Source of the DNA: an uncultured Planctomycetaceae bacterium
GTDB taxonomy: Bacteria; Planctomycetota; Planctomycetia; Pirellulales; PALSA-1355
Length of the DNA: 64,000 bases
Direction: 5' to 3'
Assembly: GCA_963785305.1 (NCBI GenBank)
Contig: CAWAUV010000002.1
Coordinates: 64,001 to 128,000, forward strand
The position numbers and the translations under genes were made by a program. The notes under the pieces were generated by a model. It ran no database searches. It was not told where the DNA came from and saw only the letters and a list, made by a program, of their open reading frames with translations. Of this stretch, positions 54,107 to 64,000 are shown piece after piece; the stretch's first letter is position 1, and every line of letters begins with the position of its first letter.

Positions 54107-55945
54107 TTATTCGCCGCCGGCGGTTGCGCGGCCCGTCGCCACGTCGAATTCGTACACATCGGGGACCAAGAGCGCGATGGTGGTGAACCCGTAGGCGGCC
54201 ACCGTAAGCAAAAACGCCTCGAGCATGTTTTGTTGCCAGAAGCTCGTGATCGCGAAGAACGTGGCGATCGGGCAAAGGGCCGACGCCCAGAGAATAGCCG
54301 ACGAAGGGTTCCTCGCGCCCAGAGTCATGTAGAGCCCGATGGCCCCGCCGATCATAAACGCCAGAAATGGCTGCAACTGGAACTGAAACGAGCCGCTGAA
54401 GGCGACGATCATTCGCATGCACGTGGCCACGCCCACGAGTAGGAAGAACAGCGTGCCGAGGCTGGCGCCGATCGCCGAACGCGAGTTTTCGTAGCTCATG
54501 CCGGCATGCACGCCGAGCATCGTCACGAACGCGATCAGCACCAAGAGCGCGGCGCCCAGATAGCCGGCGTGTTCCGTGCTCAGCGAGCCGATCGCCCACA
54601 GATAGGCGGTGAGCGCGAGCGGCGCGACGACCATTTCCTTGGTGTTGTAGAGCGCGCCACCGAGTTTGCCGAACACGAACTCCTTGGCCGAGAGGTCGGT
54701 CACCAGCAGCAGGTCGAGCGCTTTGATGTCGCGCTCGCTGGTGAGCGCCGTCACGGCCTGGGCATTGACCAGCGCCAAGCTGAGCACGCATAGCGGCGCC
54801 ATGATGAGCGCGCCCGTGGCAAACGTCACTCCCGCCGGACCGCGATGCGCGGCCACGAGCGCCGCCGCCGCCGCCGCGACGAGGGCCAGATACACCAGGC
54901 GAATCGCCATGGCTTTGCGACCATAGGCCCAGGTGCGCATTTCGCGCCACAGCACCGGATTGTCCCACACGGGCCGCACTCGTCCCGGCGCCGCATGCGC
55001 CGAGCGACGCTCGGCCGCCGATTGCGCGGGGAGCGGATCGTCGCCGGCGTCAAGGGCGCCGGCGCGCTCGAGGTCATGTTCGGGTCCCCAGATCGTCTCG
55101 ACCCGTTCGTCTTCATCGGCCCGCCGCGGCGCTTCGGGCGAGGCGGTCCAAGCGCGGCATGCGCAGGATCGACACCGCGTTGATCACCGCCGCGAGGCCC
55201 AAGCTTACGAGCGGAAACATCGGCGTCGCGCCGTGGCCGAACCACGAATTCGCGCCAAGCCGCGCGAAGGGGTCGGTGGCCGTGAGCACGGCTCGCCAGG
55301 GGCTGATCGCAATCGCCCAGTGATCGACGGGCAGTCCGAACCACTGCCCGCCGAGCGCCCGTGCGCCGCCGCCTCGCCCGCGCCGAGCCACACGACCAGC
55401 GTGAGCAGCGTGAGGCCGAGGGCTTGAAATGTTTTTTCGCGCCACAGGGCAAAGAGCGCCCCGATGCTGCCGGCGACCAGGGAACTGGCGAAGGTGATGA
55501 CGAAGACCCAGCCGATCTGAGCGAACGACACGCCGCCGAACAGGGCCGTGAGCATGAAGAGCGGCGCCGCGGCGGCGAGCAGCGTGAATACGAACAGCAA
55601 ACTCGCCAGCAGTTTGCCCAGCACCAACTCGGCATTGCCAAGCCGGGTCAACAGCAGCAGGAGAAACGTGCGCCGCTCCTTTTCTTGGGCCACGTCGCTG
55701 GCCGCCCGCACCGCGGAAAAAAAGAGACACAAAGCGAACTGAAGCGGCGCCAGAATCTGAAACACGGTGGCGCCAAACCGAGCGAAGTCGCCCGCCCCGC
55801 GCACTACCTGGGAGCCGGCAAGCAGCAGCCACGCGGTCGCCACCAAAAGCAAGAGCACGGCGACATAAGTCGCCCGGGCCACATAAAGCCGCGGTCGCCG
55901 CGGAGCGACGCTCAGTTCGCGCGTAAACAAGGGACCAACAATCAA
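54107..55945 (-). CDS. ABC-2 type transporter permease (duplicated domain), frameshifted
   Basis: EKERRTFLLLLLT..ELVLGKL and ERDIKALDLLLVT..EFVFGKL; NPVLWREMR. Confidence 0.82.
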
Positions 55946-55999
55946 CGCTCCGCCTCCCCGCCGAAAATCGCCCCGGACCGCTGTCCGAAAACCGGCGGC

Positions 56000-57107
56000 C
56001 TAGTTCTCCACGTCTTGCCCCACGCGCCACCGGAGGTAGGCATCCAAAAAGCCTTGGATGTTGCCATCGAGCACGCTTTGAAAATTGCCCACGTAATATC
56101 CGGTGCGGGAATCCTTCACTCGCTGGTCGGGATGCAAGAAATAATTGCGAATCTGCGAGCCGAAGCCGGTCTTGGCCTTTTCTTGGTATTTGGCCGCTTG
56201 CTCGGCCTCGCGTTTTTCTTCTTCCAATCTGGCCAGCCGAGCGCGGAGCATTTTGATCGCCGTGGCCCGATTTTTGTGCTGGCTGCGTTCGTTTTGACAC
56301 TGCACGACGATGTTCGTGGGCAAGTGCGTGAGCCGGATCGCGCTCGAGGTCTTGTTCACGTGCTGACCGCCCGCGCCGCTGGCGCGAAATACGTCTTCGC
56401 GAATGTCCTCGTCGCGCAGCTCGACTTCCACGGTGTCGCCGATCTCGGGCGAGACATCGATCGCGGCGAAGCTCGTCTGCCGCTTGCCCTCGGAATTGAA
56501 CGGGCTGATTCGCACCAGCCGGTGCATGCCGGTTTCGCCCTTGAGATAGCCGTAGGCCATTGGTCCGCGAAGCACGAGGGCGGCGTTGTTGATGCCGGCT
56601 TCCTCGTTGTCTTGCCGGTCGAGCAGTTCCACGTCGTAGCCTTCCTTGGCGGCCCAGTGGATGTACATGCGCAGGAGCATCTCGGCCCAATCGTTGGCGT
56701 CGGTTCCGCCATCGCGGGCGTTGATGGTCATGATGGCGCCCTTGGCGTCGTAGGGGCCATTGAGCAGACCGCGGAGCTCGAGGTCGGCGATCATCGCCTC
56801 GACGCGCGCGAACTCGGCCGGCAGTTCGGCCCCAAACCACGGGTCTTCTTCCGCCATCTCGACCATGGCCTCGATATCAGCGGCGGCGGCGCCGGCCTCG
56901 TCGAGCGGTTTGACCAGCGCATTGAGCGACTTCAGCTCGGCCACCACGGCCTGGGCTTGCTCTTGATTGTCCCAAAAGCCGGGCGCCGCCATGCGCGCCT
57001 CGATTCGTGTGATCTCGCTTTGCTTTTGAGCGTGGTCAAAGAGAGTCTCGTAGTTGGACGAGACGCTTTTGAATAGCTTCCGCGCGGTCGAGCAGTTCTT
57101 TTTCCAA
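56000..57107 (-). CDS. prfB: peptide chain release factor 2 with programmed +1 frameshift
   Basis: SPF and GGQ motifs; TTG start, 23 codons, then CTT TGA C at 57041-57035. Confidence 0.95.
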
Positions 57108-57230
57108 AGTAGATTATTCCTGGGAATCGAGAGAGATATTTCGCCACGACGCGTGGGCAAGGGCACATTATAGCAGCCGCCGCAGTTCAAGGTGAGCCCG
57201 TCGCCCGCGAAGGCTCGAGCCAGGCCACTC

Positions 57231-57563
57231 TCATCCGGAGGCCGCGCCGCCATCTTCTCCCGGAGGCAGAAGGGGCGGGGCCAGGCACTCGACATCGGTC
57301 ATCCAGGCGATGCACGCATAACGTTCCAAGTAGTGGTCATGGAGAAATTGAAAAATCGCCCGGGCCACCGGCTCGCCGCAAACGACTTTGATTTGCACAT
57401 TTTCGCCGAGCACCACGTCGTGGCGCGTGCCGCGGGCGCCGATACCGCCAGTGGCGTGATAACTGGCCCCGGTCGCCCCAAGCTCCAGGACTTTGTGAAT
57501 CAGCGGTTCGCGCAGCACGGCCTCGGCGATGATCGTGACCAGCTTGAGCGATTGGAGTTGCAT
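57231..57563 (-). CDS. sbtB: P-II-like regulator SbtB
   Basis: LKLVTIIAEAVL, GATGAS..GGIGARG, ENVQIKVV; directly downstream of sbtA. Confidence 0.8.
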   Translation of the reverse strand: MQLQSLKLVTIIAEAVLREPLIHKVLELGATGASYHATGGIGARGTRHDVVLGENVQIKVVCGEPVARAIFQFLHDHYLERYACIAWMTDVECLAPPLLPPGEDGGAASG

Positions 57564-57602
57564 GCGAGGGCTCCGAGGGTTGGCGCTCTTGGCGACCAGG
57601 CG

Positions 57603-58685
57603 CTAGCCGGGCGTCGCGCCTGCGCCGGCGAACCACTTGGCCAGCGCGAAATAGAGCGGAATGCCTAGCGCGATGTTGAAGGGAAATGTCACCGCCAGCG
57701 AGGCCGTGATCGACAGGGTGGGATTCGCCTCGGGTAGGGTCAATCGCACCGCGGGCGGCGCGGCGATATACGAAGCGCTCGACACGATCGCCGCGAAAAT
57801 CGCCGCCGTGCCGACATGCATTCCGGCCGCGACGCCGAGCCACGCGCCCAAGCAGCCGTGCAGTATCGGCAGCGCGATTCCGAAGCCGATCAGAAACGGC
57901 CCCGCTTTCTTCAAGTCGGCCAGTCGTTCGCCGGCCACGAGCCCCATTTCGAGCAGAAACACGCACAGCGCGCCGCGAAAAATCGGCCGCTTCGGACTGA
58001 AGAAGTCGACAAACGGCGCCAAATTCTTTTCCTCTCCGGCCTTGGTGGCGATAAAGCCGATCGCCAACAGGCCGGCCATGAGCATGAGCGATTGCCCGGT
58101 CACGACTTCATAGAGCGCCGCTCCAACGCCCGGCGCCGCTTCATCGCGATCCGCATCGGCCCGGCCGGCGACCGGCGTCGCGCGTTTCTGTTTGGCGAGT
58201 ATCGCCGCGCCGAGCAACAGCGCGACCGCAATGCCGGGACATTCGAGCACGGTCACGAGCGTTTGAATGTATTTGTCGATCGTGATCGTCGGATCGCCGT
58301 TGCCTTGCTTCTCGGCGAACTGCTGCGCCACGGCGAAAGTGACCGCCGAAGTCGAGCCATAGTGCGCCGCGATGCCGGCCGAATCGGCCACGGAAAAGCG
58401 GCCGAGATAATAGAGCGCCGCGAACGCCGAGAGCGGCGTCAGGCAGCCGAGAACAAACGTCACCAACGCCGGCTTGTAGATCTCGCGCGGCGATACGCCG
58501 GCGAGCTCGTGGCCGCCGATGAAGCCGATCGCCATCAGCAGATAGATCGAGATCGAATAGTACAGGTCCTTCGGAATCTTGACGCCGCCGTGAATCAGTT
58601 TGCAAAAAACCCCCAGTGCGAAGCAGAGCGGAATCGGCGCGAGGAGATTCGCCTCGAGCGACCGACCGATGTTTGCCAGGTCCAT
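57603..58685 (-). CDS. sbtA: sodium-dependent bicarbonate transporter SbtA family
   Basis: SIYLLMAIGFIGG, AAHYGSTSAVTF, FLLEMG, SASYIAAPPAVR, TFPFNIALGIPLY. Confidence 0.9.
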   Translation of the reverse strand: MDLANIGRSLEANLLAPIPLCFALGVFCKLIHGGVKIPKDLYYSISIYLLMAIGFIGGHELAGVSPREIYKPALVTFVLGCLTPLSAFAALYYLGRFSVADSAGIAAHYGSTSAVTFAVAQQFAEKQGNGDPTITIDKYIQTLVTVLECPGIAVALLLGAAILAKQKRATPVAGRADADRDEAAPGVGAALYEVVTGQSLMLMAGLLAIGFIATKAGEEKNLAPFVDFFSPKRPIFRGALCVFLLEMGLVAGERLADLKKAGPFLIGFGIALPILHGCLGAWLGVAAGMHVGTAAIFAAIVSSASYIAAPPAVRLTLPEANPTLSITASLAVTFPFNIALGIPLYFALAKWFAGAGATPG

Positions 58686-58734
58686 GACTGCTGCTCCGTT
58701 GGTCGCTTGTTCGCCGGCGCCTGGGGGGCGATAT

Positions 58735-59507
58735 TCACGCCTTGGTCTCGGATTCGAGCCGGCCCAACAGTCGCAAGATCCCGTCGAGAATCGTCCACGG
58801 ACTCGGCGGGCAGCCGGGTACATAGAGGTCGACCGGAACCGTCCGGTCGGCGCCGTCGTGCTGCTCGGCGTGGCCGGCATAGGGCCCGCCCGAGATGGCG
58901 CATGCTCCCACGGCGATCACGATCTTCGGCGCCGGCACGCTCTCGTAACAATCGCGCAGCGCGCCGCGCATGTTCTCCGTGACCGGCCCGGTGATAAGCA
59001 GTCCGTCGGCGTGGCGCGGCGAGGCGACGAATTGAATGCCGAATCGTCCCAGGTCGAACACCAGCGTGCCGAGCACATTCACATCGGCCTCGCAACCGTT
59101 GCAACCGCCGGCGCTCACTTGCCGCAGCTTGAGCGATCGGCCCAAAAGGCGAAGCGTCTTCCGATCAGCGCCTCGGCCAGCTTTCGCTCCCGGCCATCGA
59201 GAAAAAGTTCCTCGCGCGAACGAGCCGCGAGGCGATATTCACCGCTGAACCCGATCGCTCCCGCGGGGCAGGCCTCGAGGCAATCGACGCAGAAGAGGCA
59301 CTTGCCCAGGTCCAGGGTCAGTCGATCCTTGCGCATCCGCATCGCGCCCGTCGGGCAGGCTTCGACACACTCCTGACAGCCCTCCGGACATTTACCCGAA
59401 TCGAGCACCGGCAGTCCGCGAAATCGCTCGGGCAGCGCCGGCGCCGTGGCGGGATACGCCGCGGTGCGAAAGCCTTGCCGCAATCGCTCGCGAAAAATGC
59501 CCAACAT
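58735..59507 (-). CDS. Ehr/hydrogenase-4-like small subunit: 2x[4Fe-4S] domain fused to NuoB-like domain; frameshift near 59165
   Basis: C..C..CP, CLFCVDCLEACP; GGCNGCE, SPRHADGLLITGP, GACAISGG, PGCPP. Confidence 0.85.
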
Positions 59508-59588
59508 AAGCGAATCCCCGGGGGACGTTTTCTCGCGACGTGGCGGCTCAACGAGCCTGCAGAGGGCGGACGAATTCCGCTCGCTCCG

Positions 59589-61127
59589 TTACAGATCATG
59601 GCCCGAGTATGACAGATTAAAACTTTTATTGCAGAGCGGAAAGTCGGAAATCTGCTGATTCCTAAGCGCCATCATCAGACCGATCCAATTATGAAACGAC
59701 GGATCGACGATTTTGTACATATCAAACTTGCCGGCCGAATCGGTCATCGCCACATGACAAATCTCGCCTCGCCAGCCTTCGACCAGCGTCACCACGAGCG
59801 AGTTTGGCGCGAGCGAGCCGACCGGCGCGCGTGTCGGCCCGGCGGGCAAATGCTCGAGCAGTTCGACGACGAACTCGCCCGAACGCTGGATCTCGAGCCA
59901 GCGGACGATGGCCCGCGCGAAAACATCGCCGGTCACGCCGGTCGACACCGGAATCTGCATGTGCCGGTAAATGCCCGAGGGGAAATCACGCCGGGCGTCG
60001 AGGTCGAGGCCCGAGGCGCGCCCCGCCACGCCCACGAGCCCCAGTTCCCGGGCCACGCGCTGCGACACTTTGCCGATATCCTCGAAACGGGCTTGCACGC
60101 TGAGCGAATGCCAGGCGAGCCGGGTAGCGCCGTTCACATCGGCCAGGGCGGCTTTCAATCGCTCGGCAAGCGTTCGAGCCCGAGCCGAGTCGAGATCGAA
60201 CATTACTCCGCCGGGTCGGCGCATGCCGCGACCAAGGCGGCTGCCGCATATCGCGGCGGTGGCGTTGAGAAAATCGCCACGCAGTCGGCCGCAAAACGAG
60301 CTGGTGGGCAAGAAGCCGGCGTCCATCGCCAGCGCGCCCAAGTCGCCGGTGTGATTCGCCAGCCGTTCGAGCTCGAGGCACGCGCTGGCCAGAGCTTGCG
60401 CTCGAGCCGAGGGCTCGCGGCCGGCCAGCGCTTCGACCGCCTGACAATAGGCCGAGGCATGGCCGATCGAGGTGTCGCCCGCGAGCGTTTCGGCATAGTG
60501 AATCGATCGCTTGTGCGGCCCGCGGAGCATCGCCCGCTCGACACCGCGATGTTGATAGCCGAGCGAGACTTCAAGGTGCGACACGTTTTCGCCGAAGCAT
60601 TGGAAGCGAAAATGACCGGGCTCGATCACTCCGGCATGAATCGGCCCGACCGCCACTTCGTGAATGTCTTGCCCCTCGACTTGAAAAAAGTCGGTCACCG
60701 AGGGCAAGATCGCCGCATTCTTGGCCCGCGACCAAGCATCGCGCCCCGGGCAATAGGAACCGTGAAAGCGAATCGGCTTGAGCCAGGGATGTCCCTCGGG
60801 CACGACCCCCCATTGCTCGGCGATCTCGCGCTCGAACCAGTTCGCCGCAGGGCAGGCGGGGGTGAGCGAAGGATAGCGGGCGCCCACTTCGGCGCCGAAG
60901 ATCGCCAGATCGCAGGAGTGGGGATGCGCCACGACCGCAATCAGCCGCTGGGGAGCATCTCGCGACGCTGGCTGCCGCTCCTCGCCAAAGAACGCCGCGA
61001 GCCGCCCGCCGGCGCCGATCTCGCCCACGAGCGCATCGCGGAATTCATGCATCGCGAGCCGCGGAATTTCAGAGCGTGAGACGCTTGTTCCCGGTAGATA
61101 GCGAGCGATCGCGGCGCCGGTGGTCAT
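59589..61127 (-). CDS. Ehr large subunit (HycE/NuoCD-like) lacking NiFe-binding CxxC motifs
   Basis: WFEREIAEQWG, VGPIHAGVIEPGHFRF, YQHRGVE, ETLAGDT in place of L1 CxxC, EGWRGE, CNKSFNLSYSGHDL in place of L2. Confidence 0.88.
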   Translation of the reverse strand: MTTGAAIARYLPGTSVSRSEIPRLAMHEFRDALVGEIGAGGRLAAFFGEERQPASRDAPQRLIAVVAHPHSCDLAIFGAEVGARYPSLTPACPAANWFEREIAEQWGVVPEGHPWLKPIRFHGSYCPGRDAWSRAKNAAILPSVTDFFQVEGQDIHEVAVGPIHAGVIEPGHFRFQCFGENVSHLEVSLGYQHRGVERAMLRGPHKRSIHYAETLAGDTSIGHASAYCQAVEALAGREPSARAQALASACLELERLANHTGDLGALAMDAGFLPTSSFCGRLRGDFLNATAAICGSRLGRGMRRPGGVMFDLDSARARTLAERLKAALADVNGATRLAWHSLSVQARFEDIGKVSQRVARELGLVGVAGRASGLDLDARRDFPSGIYRHMQIPVSTGVTGDVFARAIVRWLEIQRSGEFVVELLEHLPAGPTRAPVGSLAPNSLVVTLVEGWRGEICHVAMTDSAGKFDMYKIVDPSFHNWIGLMMALRNQQISDFPLCNKSFNLSYSGHDL

Positions 61128-61159
61128 GGTTTCCAATGTCCTCGAGGTAAGTCGCGGGG

Positions 61160-61931
61160 TTAATCGCCGCGCAGCTGCCGGCGCTCCCAGGCGGCCAGGG
61201 CCAAGCGGCGGCAACTCGCGGACCGCCTCGGTCAACGAAGCGAGGGACAGCCCGCGCGACAATCGCGCGTGGAATCGCGGCTCGCCCAGCGCTCGGGCCA
61301 GTCGCGCGAGCAGGCTTAAGTGGCGTCGCACCGTGGGGCTGATGATCATGAAGCAGGCGTCGATCTGGCATGGATCGGCCTTTGGCGCCCGCGCACCGCG
61401 ATGCGATTGCGTCGCGCGAGCGCGGGCCGGGAGCGCCGGCTCGAAAAAGCAGAGCACGATGGCGGGCGCCGCATGCGGCGCGATCCAAGGCGCATTGGCC
61501 CGAGGCAGCGCCCAGCCGGCGCCGATCGCGTGCAACCCCCAATCGAGGCGCGATGTTAAAATCGCTTCGAACACGGAGCCATCGCATTGGGCTTCGCTAG
61601 CGAGCGCGCCGGAAACGCGCTGGGGAACGCGCCGGCGAATGCTTCGGCCACGGCGGTCGGACTTCGGCCATCGGCCCGCCGAGGCTCGCCGCCGAGCGCG
61701 AGCGCGGCCAATAGCGAGGTCGCTTGACCGGCGGTCGCGTCGAGCGCTTGCACAAAGCGGTCGGGCGCCGGCTCGCCGCGAGCCACGACCCAGTCGAGCA
61801 CCGGCATCGGATCGAACCGCCATTCGCCCGAGACTTCGTAGGCGGGCAGCGCCCTCGCGGCGCACCCACGCGGTCACGGTGTTTTCCGCCACATCGAACA
61901 TGTCGGCCAGATCGCGAACTGTCCAGCGCAT
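61160..61931 (-). CDS. excisionase-type HTH + degenerate PTS EIIA domain protein, frameshifted; 3' end uncertain
   Basis: TVRDLADMFDVAENTVTAWV..LPAYEVSGEWRF; AIGAGWALP; FMIISPTVRRHLSLLARLARAL. Confidence 0.7.
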
Positions 61932-62209
61932 GCGATGACTTGGTTGTTCGGGGTGGTATGAATTTCAAAGGCCGGCGCGAGCGAAGCCCGCTTATCTTCG
62001 ATCGTGGACCACAAGTGTGCAACTCCTGTTACAATTCCGTAACCCGGGCGCGGAGGGGCGCTCGCCGCCAGTCGGCGGACGATACTAAGCAGCAGCGCGA
62101 CGATCGAAGGGCGACTCGAAGGGCTGCGGCTTGCCGCGATTCGAGGTTACAATCTGGAACGCGCTTCGATTTCGTCGCGCCCCAATCATTCATTTTTGGA
62201 GTCGTAGCC

Positions 62210-62884
62210 GTGGATCTCTTGGTGATCGAAGACGATGCCGTGATCGGCAAGGCGCTTCGCACCGGCCTTTGCGAAGCCGGACACAATTGCGCTTGGGCCA
62301 AAGATGGCGAGCGCGGCCTGACCCTGGCCTCGAGCCAACAATTCGACGCCATTATTCTCGATTTGATGTTGCCGATGCGGCCGGGACTGGAAGTGCTGGG
62401 CGAACTGCGCGGCAAGGGAATTCAAACTCCGGTAATCGTCGTCACGGCCATGGGCTCGATCGACGAGCGAGTCAAGGGCCTTAAAATGGGCGCCGACGAT
62501 TACCTGATCAAGCCCTTCGCCTTGGCCGAATTGTTGGCCCGGGTCGAGGCGGTCTGCCGGCGCACCGCGATTCGTCCGCCGGCCACGATGCATGTCGGCC
62601 CGCTCACGCTCGACCTCACCACGCAGCGCGTCAACCGCGATGGCCGCGAAATCGATCTCACGCCCACGGAATTCAGCCTGCTCGAACTGCTAATGCGATT
62701 TGCCGGGCAGGTGGTCACGCGGCGAATGCTCTGCGAGCATCTTTGGGAAATCGACTGGGAAGGCACCACGAATGTAATCGAGGTGCATATCAATCGCCTG
62801 CGCGGTAAGCTGGACAAGGGCTATGACGAATCGCTGATTCAAACGGTGCGCGGACGCGGCTATGTCCTTAGAGGCACAACCTAA
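62210..62884 (+). CDS. OmpR-family response regulator
   Basis: LVIEDD, ILDLMLP, GADDYLIKPF, LTPTEF, TVRGRGY. Confidence 0.93.
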   Translation: MDLLVIEDDAVIGKALRTGLCEAGHNCAWAKDGERGLTLASSQQFDAIILDLMLPMRPGLEVLGELRGKGIQTPVIVVTAMGSIDERVKGLKMGADDYLIKPFALAELLARVEAVCRRTAIRPPATMHVGPLTLDLTTQRVNRDGREIDLTPTEFSLLELLMRFAGQVVTRRMLCEHLWEIDWEGTTNVIEVHINRLRGKLDKGYDESLIQTVRGRGYVLRGTT

Positions 62885-64000
62885 GAGCGCCCTGGCGCTC
62901 CCTGCGGCTACGACTCACGGCTTGGAACACCACGGTCGTGTTGCTGGTCGTGGTAGTCGCGATGCTCGGAGTGCGCGAGCGATTCCGCATCACGCTCCTC
63001 GAAGAGGTCGACGCCACGCTGGCCGACGATACCCTCGAAGTGGCTCTGGCGGTCGAACAGTTCTATCCGAACTTGCAGCAAGCCTACAACGAGATGGAGC
63101 GCAAGCGGATCGGCCACGACGACCGCGAGATGTTCATTGAACTGCTCGACGCCGATGGCAAGATGCTCTACCTGAGCAGCAACGCCCCGGCCGGTCTCGT
63201 CGACGCCCTGCGCCCGCCACGCCACTCGAAGAGCAAGATGACCACCGTGGGCAAATACCGCGTGGCCCAGCGGCGGCTGGAAAAGCCGGATTTTCCACTC
63301 TATATCGTGCGCATCGGCCTCAGCCTCGATCCGATCGACGCCGACGTGGCCAAGCTCACGAATATGATGATCCTCGCGATCTTGGCCACGCTGTGCGTCG
63401 CGCCGCTGGGCGGTTATTGGCTCGCGGGCCGGGCCACGCATCCGCTGGCGCGGATCATCGCCACCACGGCCCGACTCCGACCGAGCCACATGGAAGAACG
63501 GCTTCCGATCCGCGGCGCCGCCGACGAGCTCGATCAACTTAGCGCCACGATCAACGGCTTTCTCGACCGGATCGCCGACTATCTGAGCCGCAACCGCGAG
63601 TTCGTGGCCAATGCCGCCCATGAGCTCCGCTCGCCGCTGGCCGCGATTCAAAGCTCGGTCGAGGTGACGCTCCACTCCGAGCGCTCGATCGACCAGTATC
63701 AAGAACTGCTCGACGACATCGCGGCCCAGTGCGGCCAACTTGGCGGCTTGGTCAATCAATTGTTGCTGCTGGCCGAGACCGATATCGCGGGGTTTCAAAT
63801 TCAGCGCAAGCCGGTGGCGATCGATCGGCTCGTGGCCCGGTCGGTCGACATGTTTCGCGGCGCGGCCGAGGAGCGTGGTATTCAGTTCACGTCGCGTTCG
63901 AGCGGCGTTGTGATCGTGCCGGCCGATGGCGATCGGCTGCGGCAGGTGCTCAACAATCTGATCGACAACAGTCTGAAATTCACGCCGCGGGGCGGGCGAG
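62862..64000 (+). CDS. HAMP-domain sensor histidine kinase (5' frameshift; truncated by window end)
   Basis: Two TMs, DELDQLSATIN, ANAAHELRSPL H-box, QVLNNLIDNSLKFT N-box. Confidence 0.88.

Noticed and set aside
56000..57295. 431-aa N-terminally extended RF2 from the ORF track
   Set aside because: The real start is TTG 57107 in another frame, joined by the canonical CTT-TGA-C +1 shift.
59589..61127. Functional NiFe hydrogenase or formate hydrogenlyase
   Set aside because: Both CxxC NiFe-ligand motifs are absent and there are no maturation genes in the window.
12428..62910. Widespread frameshifts suggesting mass pseudogenisation or recoding
   Set aside because: They are single-base indels hitting core genes such as smc and rluD whose motifs are otherwise intact; best explained as sequencing or assembly error.

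Overview
Window from a GC-rich bacterium, most likely a planctomycete (inferred from GYF_2 proteins, an ECF sigma/Ser-Thr kinase pair, DUF1080 and a GldFG/DUF4340 transporter). Single-base indels split many genes, including smc, so most frameshifts are probably long-read or assembly errors. Positions 1-19 kb are an accessory region: a GYF_2/SHOCT/MORN membrane-protein cluster with a structured leader RNA, a divergent ECF sigma-kinase operon, an IS3 element, a TIR-flanked tyrosine transposase, a PL4 lyase, MITEs, and an IS701 carrying a nested ISKra4-like element. Positions 19-64 kb are mostly core genome: Gld-like ABC system, pfkA, ebo-like cluster, smc, RluA-family synthase, prfB and a two-component system. 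The best candidates for undescribed systems are (1) an operon with the soluble subunits of an Ehr (NiFe-less hydrogenase-related) complex but no membrane arm, followed by the SbtA/SbtB bicarbonate transporter; (2) a translationally coupled Schlafen(AlbA_2)-HATPase + ParA pair, a candidate defence module; and (3) a ~135-nt rod-hairpin RNA overlapping a terminator upstream of the GYF cluster. All family calls come from motif recognition, not database searches. No rRNA, tRNA or CRISPR array was seen.
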